Source: Oculina patagonica
Lineage: Eukaryota
Reading direction: 5' to 3'
Assembly (NCBI RefSeq): GCF_052425735.1
Contig: NC_135759.1
Coordinates: forward strand, 14,074,001-14,138,000
DNA length: 64,000 bases
The translations under genes and the position numbers were made by a program. The first letter of the stretch is position 1, and each line of letters begins with the position of its first letter. Shown here piece by piece: positions 25,260 through 37,800 of this stretch. The notes under the pieces were generated by a model, which ran no database searches, was not told the origin of the DNA, and worked only from the letters and a program-made list of their open reading frames with translations.

Positions 25260-28110
25260 GCCAAAATTAAAGATTAGAACTATGTTAAGAATAACAAGAG
25301 AGGAAACTAATTGAACTTCATCGTGCATGTTGCATGGCACAAAGGTAGTTAATTCTTTGCTGTTCCCACATCAATTAACACTATGACTACAGCATGCATG
25401 ATCGACCACTGACCGTGCGTCAGTATGCATGGTCTAATATATTTCACTGAGGTTAGCCCGGCTAATAAGGCGTGATAAGTGTAAAAAGGACTTTAGTGAC
25501 CTCATCTCTGTATTCTCAATTTCTTCAGCACGTGACATTGCCAGGCTTAGAAGGTCTTAGAATCTGGTGAACTTGAAGTCTTTCAATGGTAACAGTATTT
25601 GTTTTCATAATTGTGCGATTAGCGAGGTGCGTTCTCGATATGGCTTTTACCGTGCAATCGGAAACTGGGCTTGCTGTGGTTTTAAGGAACAATAAAGGGT
25701 GTAAGAAAACAATAAGACAATTAAATTTTGTTGAATATCACGTTTGCTTCTGTTTATTTAGTTCGTGGATGTTGTATATAAGTCAGAATATTGATTTGAA
25801 AAAAATTCCACTGAATTGTGAAACTTCTTCGACTGCAAGTGGAATCTGTAAGATTTTCCTGGTACGATAAGGTTTATGCATTGACGTGTGTTATACGAGT
25901 GGTGAGCATTTTTCAATGTTTCCTGTTATATTGCTTGCGAAATCATGGACAAGGATTTGCATTCCTCTATATTAAATTTTCGCCTATTCTTGTATAGCGC
26001 AAATGCACCATTCTTTCGTGCGCTTTATGTGTTTTATGAGAGAGAGGCCCTTCTGGTTTGTCAGTTTGTTTCTATAGTCTCGTCGTGACCTCCCAGCCCA
26101 TTATCGTGTTACCATGCACTTCGTGCCCTACATCTAGCAATGTCGTGCATTTCCAAACTTGAGGCAACGCCTAGAGTTTTTAAAAGTCCTTTCCAATATT
26201 AATTTCCGGATAACAATTTCCGGATAACGCTATCTACCAGTTACGTCACTATCCAGTGGTAAGCCAAGTTTGTTATGTCAGCATGGATAGTGATTTATCC
26301 GGTGCATAGCCTGATCCACCCTTTTAACAACTTGCGATCACGCATCCCCTTCCTTCACGCCGCGAGAAAAAGAATACCTGATCGCAGGTTATCTGAGACA
26401 CTAAACTGGAAGTCCAGTTGGGATTGAACCCTCGGCCTCTCGGATGCCCAATCAACTAAGGTATCCTCGTTCAGTTAAAAGGAAATTATTCGATCCCACA
26501 GCTCTATATACCTAGAACATTTTTGCTTATATATTCTACCGCATAAAAAAATAAAGTCGATTCAGGGGACTTAGCGACCGATCGGAAATGGCCTCACAAA
26601 ATGGTCCGGCATACTGCGTGTTATATTTGCCTGATAGTTGCTAAAGAGCTAGCACACCTCAGCTATATATAACACTTGAAAGAATGTAATAAGAAGCTGC
26701 GATCCTCGCATTATATAGTTATCAATATTAGTTTGTCTCTGCTGATCTTGTGATCGAAGGTTATAACCTGGCCCCAACGTACATTTTGTTAATCGCCGTT
26801 CTGGTTACCCATCTTGTCTAGGTGCGGCAGAAAATTTTCCCAGGCGCACTGTTCTTAACAGTCAGTGAACAGTTGAAAGGCTGATGACCGTGGCTAAGAC
26901 CTCCGCAAAAGTCTAAAGCTATTGTTTTATTCTCTCAGTTAGATTCATTCCTTAAAATATTGCTTATAGCTAGTTTGCTAGCAAAACAGCCACTTTTACG
27001 GCTTCTTCGCCTCTCTAAACTACACAAACTCAAATCCACGGAGTTGAGTCCCAAATTGTACTGTACACATTGCTAGCTAGGTTAGTGGCGCTTCCTGAAA
27101 ATTAACTTACGTAATGCTTCTCAGGAAGGAACAAAACCTACAAAAATATCTACGTAAAAAAAATGTTTGTCCAACTCGAAACAGTTATAAATTAAAGATT
27201 GCAAATATGCTGTAAAGAGAAGAAATTAATTGAACTTTATCATGAGTGTCACGTGGCACAAAGGCAATTAATCCACATCTCTTGTTCACCATGACTACAA
27301 CACGTATGACCACTGACAAGCTCCAGTATGCTTTAGATTGGCCCGACTGACAAGGCGATAAGTGCAACAAGGACTTTGGTGACGTCATCTGTGTTCGCAA
27401 TGTCTTGGACGTGGCACTGCCAGGCTCAGAAACTGGTGAACTTGGAGTCGTGTTATGTTAGGGTTTCATAAAATTCTCAGCACGCATTGTGCGATAAGCG
27501 GAGTCCGTTCGATATGTCCTTTACGGTACTTATTCACCGAAGTGGAGGTGAATAGTCCTTTGCTAATCACCTCCGAGTTAGCCAATCAGAGCGCACTTGT
27601 AAGGTATATACTAAATACAAATACTGGACTTGTTGTGGTTTTACATCAATAAAACAATTATTTAATTTCCTAGCTGCGTTATCCCGCCTTACGTTCGATT
27701 CTGTCGATCTGTTCATGGTAACCGTATATTAAATTGGGAATTTCAAAAACATTCCGCTGTATTGCAAATGTTTTTCGACTGCAAGTGAAAACTATGACGC
27801 TTTTCCTGGCATAAAAGGACTTATGTATTGACGTATGCTGTGAGCGAGGTGAATAATTTACGGTGTTTTCAGTTATATTGCTTGTGAATAGACAACTACA
27901 GAATCATGGACAAAAATCAGCATTTCTCTTATAATTAAAAATAAAAAAACTGCACCACAACTCTATATACATGTATATAAACATAAGTTTTACCGCATAA
28001 ATCCAAAAAAAAGTCTATTTGGGGAAGACAGAGACCGACCGGAAGCGGGCGGCCGTTTTACTAGCAGCCTGCCTGCATGATACTTGCTGAAGAGTTTGCA
28101 CGCATTAGCT
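25260..28110. repeat. Diverged direct duplication (about 25260-26660 vs 27185-28110)
   Basis: Colinear blocks such as AAATTAAAGATT, TAATTGAACTT, TGGCACAAAGG, TGCCAGGCT, TTCGACTGCAAGTG, ATCATGGACAA and TACCGCATAAA are present in both copies. Confidence 0.8.
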
Positions 28111-30459
28111 AAAACAATTCAAAGTATGCATTGCTTCGTGCAATTGTAATTTTTATCTTTTTTTTTGTTTTTGCTCTCAGTACTCTAGGGCTTGCCTCCT
28201 TAACGATCGTAAAGTGAAATCAGCATTCTGGTTAGTTCTCTGAGCGATCCGAATTTTGCTCAATACGAACCACTTTGATAGATCACTCACGAATAAGATC
28301 TGCCAATTTGCTTGTTTGAAATATACATTGCACGGAAACTGCAGTTTTATTTGGTAAAGTTAAAACATTTTCCCGTTTCAGTAAATAATAAAGATGGTAA
28401 ATTACACAGAAACGGGCTAACGGCTCGCGTTGACCGAGAAGAGTCGTGCGTCTTATCAGCAAAATTAGAATTAAAACTTTATACAATCATCCTGTCAGAC
28501 CCGTACTGGGGAAATATTAGTCTCCTTCAATTCTTTTGTAAGTTTATGGACCGGCTGACCAATACTTTCCGAACAGACCTCACTCACGCAAGTTCAAGTC
28601 CGTACCTTGCATTCAAAGCATTCCTTTTCTTTGCCATCACTTCACTTCGACTCCACTAACTACTTTATTTGGGCTTTCTATATTTGCCCCGTCCAATATC
28701 ATATAAACTGACTACAGTAACGTAGCAACATGCGCGCAAGAGAAAAACAGAAAAAAAGAAAAGTCTAGAAAGAGGGGTTAGATCTTTACCGATTGTGCTA
28801 GTAAGTTGTGAACCAAATTTTACAGTGCTGTTTGTGAGTGGCTGCTATTTAGAAATTATTGCCCGTTGGCCTCTTCACGAGCGTTTGAAACAAAGAATCA
28901 GAATTTGTATAGTTAACGAGAATTACATGTAATTAAATAATACTTTTGGAATAGTCTAATAAATTCCAACGTGTGCGATTTCCTGCACTGTTACCGGGCA
29001 CTATGTTTAGTCTCCCTCGTTTCAAAAGTTGTTCGAAAGTTGATCCAGCTCGCAAAAGCTGCTCAACACTGTAAAAGTTGCCGAACATAAACGGGAAGGT
29101 CTTACAGCGTCTCCTCCCGCTTCCCCGCTGTCGGTATTCCTATACTGTAGTTCCCTCTCCTTCGTTTCGTGCAACTCTATTTCCGATGTGTCGTTCCCTA
29201 CAATGTACCCACCCGGAACACACTTATAGTACCTCTGTTTCTCATTTGAGGAAATCTATCTTAAATAAGAAAGAAAAGTAACCCTGCTTACAAATCTTGA
29301 TGTTTAGAACACATGAGCGATATCGATTTACAGCGGCAAGCTCGATGTATTTAGATCCATAGAACATTACTTCAAGTGACACTGGAGATCTTATATTTAC
29401 GGTTCTTTCCTTTTCATAAGAGCAGGCATATTATTCAGTCTCCGGCATGCCACGCAATCCTATCCAAACAGCATCGGGCATTTGTCCGTTCGTCCTGACT
29501 ATTTTGAGTTCATTTTGTTTTAGTTATTGTATAACGCATACGACGCAGGAAATGGTCAGTGAGAACTGGTGGCGAATATCGTTAAATGAACATGATTGCA
29601 CGACATGTCCTAAAATAACTAACTCCTTCGTATATAGGAAGCCTGGATCATTTTTCGTCTGTATCCACCCCTAACTGTCACCATCCATTGCTTGCTTTCC
29701 GGGAAATTCAAGATTTGTAGGAAAGGCTTATTTTCTTTTCCTTCCTGTGAACAAATAGAGGCGCAGAGTAGAAAACCGACAGCGAAAACTGAAATCGCTT
29801 CGACCTCTAGCTATAGCGTGTCGGCGATTAGACTGAGTGACCTTTCAATGGCACATTCAGTTTAGTCTGTTTTCAGCTGACTGTACGAGTATATTAAGGC
29901 TTTAAAACTGATTTGAGGGATTTGCATTTCCTCCATTGTCATATTTTATTTCGGTGTCGTTCATTCGCACCTTCCCCTCCCAGATTTTATTATTGATCAA
30001 CTACCCGACCCCTCCTCTTTTGATTTTTCTCAGAATTTCGAACATGTGTTCGATAAGGCCATGTATCGAATATGACCTCAGTGGAGTACAGTAACTCGGT
30101 CATTTCAGTTCGGCCAAAGGTCGAATTATCTGTTACGGTAAATAGCGTGCAGACGTCTCTAATTTTTTCTTTGGTTTACGATCGAATTACGAGGAAAAGG
30201 AACGTCACGCCATTTTCCGGGTGAAGCAAAGGAAATCGGAGTCGGCTAATTGCCTTATTATAGGAATATAACGAAGCATTTTAACAACGCGAACAAAATT
30301 TACGCGTAATAAAATTAACGCGAATTTATGAAAAGTTCTGGTTAGACGCTTATAGTATAGTAAACGTGTTAACACAAATAAAATTAACGCGAATTTTTGA
30401 AATTCGCGTTTATTAAATAACATGTATCGTTAATTTCCTATATTATGGTATTTTGAAGC

Positions 30460-30576
30460 CCCCAAACCCCCGACCTGGGCGGCCAGGGGTTGTGGTTAAA
30501 AAGGTCCCAGTACCTATGCCCTCATGGCCACAGGTGTCAGAATGTGCGCCTTGCTAGCACATAACCACAAGCCACT

Positions 30577-30580
<4 letters not shown>
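30460..30580 (+). mobile_element. 3' terminal fragment of a non-LTR retrotransposon ending in (TAA)n
   Basis: A GC-richer block ending ...GCACATAACCACAAGCCACTT, directly followed by (TAA)n. The family is not determined. Confidence 0.45.

Positions 30581-30647
<67 letters not shown>
30578..30647. repeat. (TAA)n microsatellite
   Basis: About 23 TAA units. Confidence 0.95.
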
Positions 30648-30648
<1 letters not shown>

Positions 30649-30649
30649 T

Positions 30650-31307
30650 TAAAAATAATAATAAACACTTTATTAACCAATTTGAAAAAGAATTACAATG
30701 ATTTGACTATTCGAATAAGAACTTTATATATAAACATATTATTTACATAATAATAAAAACAGTGTCTTTAAAAATGTAGAAAAATAGTAAAAGCGACTTC
30801 GAGAGCAATAATAAAAGAAGAACTATATATTAAAAAAAAATATATTCGATCTAAATTGCAGTACGAGAATTCTCTACTTGAAAGTCCATATCATAAATGT
30901 CAATGTTCCTGTTTCTCTTTACAGTTCTTGATCCCCTTAGGCAGATTAAGGCGGATCGGAGGATCGCAAATGAGACTTTTGATCTGATCCAAGACACCGT
31001 TGTTGCGTAATCCTCCCCTTTCTTTGCGGCGATTAATTCTGCAAGCCTACTGTGATACCTCTTGCACTCCTCGCCCATTCCTCCGGTGGATGTAAACACC
31101 AATGGAGTGAAAGTTCCCTGTTCTACTTGAAGAACCCTGTCTGCGTAAGCCCTCTTCTTCTCATTCTCATGGTTACGGTATATCTGCTTGGGGGTTTGGT
31201 CCTTGTAGGAATCCGCGTTGGGGTGACATACCCTCACATCAAAGAACGCGGATCTCTGCTTCTCCCAGAACCCCCGGGCATGTATATCTAGGCGAGCATC
31301 TGGCGTT

Positions 31308-31308
<1 letters not shown>
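30650..31308 (-). mobile_element. 5'-truncated CRE-clade non-LTR retrotransposon (C-terminal restriction-like endonuclease plus 3'UTR)
   Basis: The frame reads [33 protein letters not shown]...EKKRAY...[13 protein letters not shown]...[22 protein letters not shown], with a stop at 30851. This is the PD-(D/E)xK-type RLE of CRE elements. (TAA)n flanks it on both sides. Confidence 0.85.

Positions 31309-31377
<69 letters not shown>
31309..31377. repeat. (TAA)n microsatellite
   Basis: About 23 TAA units. Confidence 0.95.
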
Positions 31378-31380
<3 letters not shown>

Positions 31381-32769
31381 CTTTATTCTCGTGTCAAATC
31401 TGTAGTAGCTGAGGGGAAAAGTCCCCTCTACTAATTGTGGACACCTAACCTGCCTAACTAAAAACGTAATTAATATATATAAAATAGAAAATATTTATAT
31501 ACATTTAAAAACCCTAAGTACAAATATATTAAAATTCTGTTTCTTTAACTATATTAAAATATAAAAATTAAAATTATGTTAAAAGTAAAAATTATGTCAT
31601 GTAATGTTGGCTGCCAGTCATTCTTTCAACTAACCTCTTTATGGTGAGTGGACACGTGACCGGTTTTTGTAAGTGTCCAGTCGGGGTGAGGGTTCAATGG
31701 CGCTAAAAATGAGGGGGAGGGGGAGCGTGGGCGTAGAGAAGATTGGCCCTTTTTTGTTTCTTCTTCCAATAAAGGGGCCTTGTAATATTCAGCGAAGTGG
31801 GGTGTGTCCTCTTGATCTGCCATTGACGTCAGTTGTTTGAAGGAGGTAGTGTCCTATTACGGAAGCTGTGACGAAAGCATCCTAAAATTAATTTTCTAAG
31901 CCGCCATTTCGGGAAACAACGCCACGAGTCCATCGAACTAGGATACGGTATGTCTTCTATTCTTTGTTTTTGTAATCGTTTTTACTATGATACAGTAGTA
32001 TTCTGGTAGTTATATTGGATTGATTTTCTAAACGACTTTTTTTCTTCAATCAGTCTTAAAAAAACTGAAACCTTTCTTTACGCAACCTGGTGGAATGTTA
32101 TACATAGAGTAGTGAAGCATAAGAGCTAGGACTTATTTTAATTACGGTTTGGATTAATGTCATTATCATCGCCGTAATTTCTATGCAATATGTTAAACCC
32201 TTCTATAAACTGCCAAAAATTATAAGTTTACCATTAGGCAAACAAACTGTTCCTGGCTTCCAGGCAGCGGGCCAAAACTTGGCATGTAGCAGCCCTCGCA
32301 AGTAAATCTCATGAATGGCTCGCACCCTTTGAGAGAACAATGGAACAAATATAATGTGCTCCTGCCCAGGCCCCCAAACTTAAATACAGTGTATGCCCAG
32401 TTGTTGATAATGATCCAACAATTGCAGCTATTACACTAGAGGAAAAGTAGAATTACAAGCTAACAAGAGCTGCTACACTTATGAAAACTTGCGAGTTTTA
32501 TACTTTACGTTTATTATTGTTTTGTAAATATCTTCAATTTTTTTACGGAAGTTCCTCTTTTCCGATCATGAATTTCTATTTTTAAGGAGCGATATTTAAT
32601 TTAGTTCCCAGGTATTTAACCATTATGAGAAATATAACAAGGAATAATCCGTAAAGCAAAGAATGTTGACAGACACAGAGATTTAAAACTACTTACCCGC
32701 GGAACTGAAAACAGTTTCTTGTAGGAGCCAACACTCCTTCATATAAGTTGTTTTCAAACGTAATTACAG

Positions 32770-32830
32770 ATTTGGTTCAACCATGGCTTTTTGTTCATAC
32801 GACACTCAAGAACGGACGAGCTACCTTCAG
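32770..32830 (+). other. Putative alternative first coding exon (MAFCSYDTQERTSYLQ) upstream of the SLP-76-like gene
   Basis: TTACAG acceptor, AACCATGG Kozak context at 32783, and a phase-0 CAG|GTGAGC donor. A possible upstream non-coding exon ends at 31947 (ACG|GTATGT). Confidence 0.4.
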
Positions 32831-34412
32831 GTGAGCAAAACTTCTTATAATGCTATTATAGTTTGGCAACTGAAATTTTCACTCTTCACGAGAAAACTAA
32901 CCGCAAGTGATTTCAAAGCAAATGTTTCAACTTTTGCAGGCAATAAAAAGGGTGCTGATGTGCTTACATTTGGTTTGTAAAGCATCAATTAATATCACTC
33001 AAAATTAAATTTATATTGAATTTTAGCAATCAGAAATGTTCGCCACGACATTAACCTTGGGTGCTATAGTTTCCGGGCAGTCCAAAGCACATGTTGAATT
33101 GTTGTTAACGTATTAAGACTATTAAATTTGGCTCAAATAAAAATTACTTAAGCCGATTTCTTTGTCAAAATCAAGGGAAACAAAATCGAAAGCTTCCACC
33201 AAAAAGGCGGACGCATCAGTTCATGAATTATTGGATATATTAAGTAATTCTGAAATTAACTGACTACGGTAATAAGCATGCATTATACTTTTAGAAAGTA
33301 AGTAAGGCTACGAGCAAACTTTCTTAAAGGCGTCATCACTCGAAGAGCTTTTCGCAGGCTAAGTATTTGACGGGTCCTTTTGGAAGATATATCAGAAAAA
33401 TCAGGATGTTTCCTCCAATGTTAGCAATGATATAACGTTACTGACTAAACAGGCTGGACACTGGGCACAATCACTGCCCTCTGAGGCCTTAAAGACAAAT
33501 TTCTTTTCTCGCATCCACGCCGAGCCTCGCGAGCCACGCGAGTTTCTTTCTTATACTTACAGTCTTTTGATAGAGCTTTGAAAGAACTGACAAATCTGTA
33601 AGAATCAGGTAGCAACTCTCACAAGGTTACACATGAATGGCTCGCTACATTTCGAGAGAACAATAGAGAAAACAACAAGAACAATGTCCCTAGCCTGCAA
33701 AACAATAACAACTGTCACACTAGATGATCAGTAGAACTACAAGCTTATGAGAGCTGCTACGCTGCTGATCCATAACTGTATAAGTTAGCTCGAAACAATC
33801 AAACAGAACCAACATGGGCTTAGGAGACTTGAAAATAGAAAACACAAAATATTTATTTTAAGAGCTACAAACGTAATGCTAAAAAAGTTCAAAGGTGTAC
33901 GTTCATCCGGTTCACAGTGAACAATAAAACGTTTTTAAATTTAGAAAAGTCAGTGGCTATTATAAATAACGACTTTTCATTATTTATATTAAGAACTTTA
34001 AATAAAAATAAAAGGTAAAACTTCCTTTGCCACTCCCATTGTTCGAATATTGTGATAAATAATTCCTCTTCTGTTCAACTTTAAGTTTTAACCTGAATGC
34101 AACTTAAATTAAATTGTACGCGAAAACCTGGGCAAGAACTTTGGCACAAACTTTCCAAATTAATTCTTCGTCACTATCGTTGTTTGTTTATTTTTACGCT
34201 TATTAGTTTTAAAAGTGCTTTTGAGCTAAATGAATGACGTCAGTTACTGTTAACATAAGTTGATGAGTAATTTACGGTTTTGTCAATATCTGCTAATGGT
34301 GTCCCATACGTCGACCACACCCTCATAAGTAGCATTTTTCGTTTTTTTTTCTCAGCGAAAATTATTCAGTTTCAATCCTCGAGAAGTCACGATATGCTCT
34401 ACATACAAAAAC

Positions 34413-34414
<2 letters not shown>

Positions 34415-34453
<39 letters not shown>
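34415..34453. repeat. (CA)n microsatellite
   Basis: About 19 CA units. Confidence 0.95.
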
Positions 34454-34458
<5 letters not shown>

Positions 34459-34887
34459 AAACCTTTTTCTCGTTGAGAAATAGAAATAAAATAAAAAAGA
34501 TAGCCCCAGGCAACACTTCTAAACGCGCGGGAGGGTCTCTAATCCGATTTAACACTTTTTTGTTAACAAAACTCCCGAGCCACGCAAAAAAAAAACCTTT
34601 AACTGGATAAGGATACAAACCACCAAAGAATAGTTAAGAAAATTTTATTTTTAAACAGATATAAATACGATATGTAGGAGTAGAAACAAAAGGCAAGGTA
34701 TTTTGGACAAAATGAGACACTGAAAGGCATTTCAAGAATGTTTTTTCCAACCGCGCGCTACGTCACGTCCCTGCTGAATCACGTGATCTACAGTGCACCC
34801 GGAAGGAGAAATGGCCTTCGTGGCGCCGTTCTGTTTTGGATTGTGAGAAAATTTGAACTTTCTGTATGGTAAAACTCAGCGGAAAAG

Positions 34888-37800
34888 ATGTCGAGCTTAT
34901 CAGAAGCCTGCATCTACGACTGGGATACGGAGAGACTGGTCATGTGGTTAAGAGAGGTGTGTATAAATTTAGCTAATTTCAAGAACACGGTTTGGCGATT
35001 GTTATTAAGCTTGATCTTATGTTGGACCTTCCAGCTTGTGTAAGCAAGATATCTCTAATATCGTGGAATGAATTAGGGCAGTCGTGTTGAAAATTCCGGC
35101 TGTATTGAAGGCTTAAATTCCCTGAAACGTCTTTGCCATTCATAACTTTGGCAACCACAAGCAAACTTTCGCCTGCTTCGATGTGCAAATTCAAGTGTGC
35201 AGGAATTCATTGTTAACTTCCCGGGCTTCTTCAATAACTTCAAGGGATTAGCTGCCGTCGCTTCGAAACCATAACCGTAAAAAAATGCATCGTGCTCGAT
35301 TGCATACCTGGTTCGGATCAACTTGGAGGGTAGGTGTCTTACGAAAGCAAATCAAATTCCGGAACTTCTCGGAAAAACCATAATTGTTTATCTCTGACGA
35401 AATGTACAGCGTAACAGGCACGTATAAAAGCTTTAGAATTTCGCAAGGGTCTTCTTATAAATGTTTTCAGCAAACCGAAAGCTTGAATCAATATTCATCG
35501 AGTGTACGTTGCTGAGTGTACATAGCTGCTCACCGATAAAATGTGGACGGCACTCAAAAAAAGCAGAGAGGTAAATTTTACAGATTTTAGAATGAGTTTC
35601 AATGTGTCTTGAGATTTTAATGAAATGAACAGTCGATCGCCATATGGCCATGCATTTTAAGCCTTTTAAATTTATGTTATTTTAAACTGCTTACCATTAG
35701 TCAATATGACAGTGTTTTTCTTTTAAATTAGATTAATTTTATTTTATGATCAGAATATTAGATGTTCAGTGTTGTATAATTTAAAAGTCGTTCACCAAGT
35801 TAAATTTTTGCAGCATTATGCACAATTTTATATATTTAATCTCGTGATATTTTATTAGTCATCAAAATAACAATTGAAAATGTAAATTTTTAATTAACAT
35901 TCAGCCATTATTTCCACCATGAAAAATTATAACCAAATGAATGCATATTTTTCTATAATTTTTAAGAAAATATTATGCTTGGTGAAAATTTACCTAAATT
36001 TTCTGATTATTAATTTTTATTAATTTTTCTTATGACTATTGTGCTGATCAAAAATATGAGAATCAATTGCGTTCGATGAAAGAGAATGCATTCCTAATTT
36101 TATGTGGTTTCCGGTGCACATACTGGGTGTCCTGCATTTTCCAGGGGTAATTTTGGAGTTAGCAAAAATGCCTCGCTTTCATTTTATCGACGTCGATTTG
36201 AGAGATGATGGTGAGATTTTGTGAGACTGCGAGACTGATATCTTTTCTGCGAGCCCAATACCTTTTAAGCCTCGCTAAAGAAATCAAGACTCCGAGAAGG
36301 CATCGAAGAAAAATTTGAGCAAGCAAGACCCCTGAAATTTGGCTAAAATTCTGTGACACTCGCCTTTTATGAAGGACCATTCACCACCGCTCAATGCAAG
36401 TATAAGATCATGTGCAAGTGTAAGGAATGGACAATTTTCCATTTTCTTGCACCAGTGGTTTGCACTTGCTTCATGTGCAAACTGTGCTAAAAGTGAATGC
36501 AAGCACAATCAAGCAATCATGACAAATCAGTGCTAAAAGAGTTTCGCAGTGCAAAGGCCATTTACATGTGCAAAAAAAAACGGCATGGCAAATTTTTGGC
36601 ACTGTGCTGAAAATTTTGGGCAGAACACTCCCAATTATAGAGGTGTTCACATACCGGTCCCAAATAACATGTGGCACCAGTGCCCAAATTTTGAGGGTGA
36701 CGAGACTACTTCCAGAAGGTAGTTTTGGCTCAGCACAGGAAAATCGAGGCACTGTGCCAAAAACAAGTGTGACCCATGTGTTTCCACAAAAATGCCAGCT
36801 ACTGTGAGATTTCCTCAGTCACCGTCAGCGAAAGGAGCAGAAATGAAGAGAACTCTGGGGACGAGAATGCCACCGAGGAAGAAAATAAGAAAAAGCCCAA
36901 ACTAAAAAAAAAACTGGCATGAAGCCTTGTACACCATGACTGCAAAAAGCCATTTATATTTCTATCCTCTTCTGTTTTAATCAATTTCTTTTAGATGTCG
37001 ATTTGTTTTGCCCTTGAACACTGTTAAATATGTTGAATTGTTGAAAAATTTCTTGCCGATAAAATTTGTGTTTGGCACTGAAAACACAATGAATAATCAC
37101 AGGAAACATTTTTCTGTCATTTCTCAGGACAAAAACTGATGGAAAGTTGGGGTGCTGATATAAAAATTGGATTCGTGCCTAGCAGGAGGAAACCGTCTTG
37201 TCTTGGTCGTGTAAATGGATAGTGCCATGCCAAAATGTTTTTGTCATGATGCCAAAAATTGGTGTGCCTTGCCAACTTTTTAGCGCTGAAAATGGGCCTT
37301 CAATGTACTAAATAATTTGTGGGTCTGCTTTGACGAGAAAAATGATGAGTAAATGAAGAAATTCATCAACATTAAGGCCTCTGGAGCTCGATGAACAACC
37401 CACATTTTATGGCTTTTTTTCTGTAAAGGAATGCGAACACATGCCTGATGACTCAATGCTTTTCTTGTATCCTCTTCCACGGTGCAGTCGTCAGCAGTAT
37501 CATCAGTTCATGCTTTATTTACCGGTACAAACAACTAGTCTACAAAAATTAAGGTTTTGAAGCAACAATCTGTTACTTTCCCATGCCTTCGGGATTCCAG
37601 TTCAAAGAACCCCCCTTGCCTTAATTCCATTTTTGTCATCCTTTTGACAGGAAAGTCTTCATGATTGTGTACCACCCTTCTCAATGAAGAAAATAAATGG
37701 ATTGGCCTTTCTGGTAAGGGGATAAAAGATTAATATCTTTAAAGACCTTTCTTGAATACTGAAATCAAAGTAAATTTAGTTGTATTGATTTCATTCTTGA

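Noticed and set aside
31626-31823. 65-aa minus-strand ORF MADQEDTPHF...
   Set aside because: It is short, has no splice continuation or recognisable homology, and lies in a promoter-like or repeat region.
34979-35651. Cluster of short minus-strand ORFs in intron 1 of the SLP-76-like gene
   Set aside because: They are fragmented with no recognisable domain. Probably decayed repeat sequence that I cannot classify.
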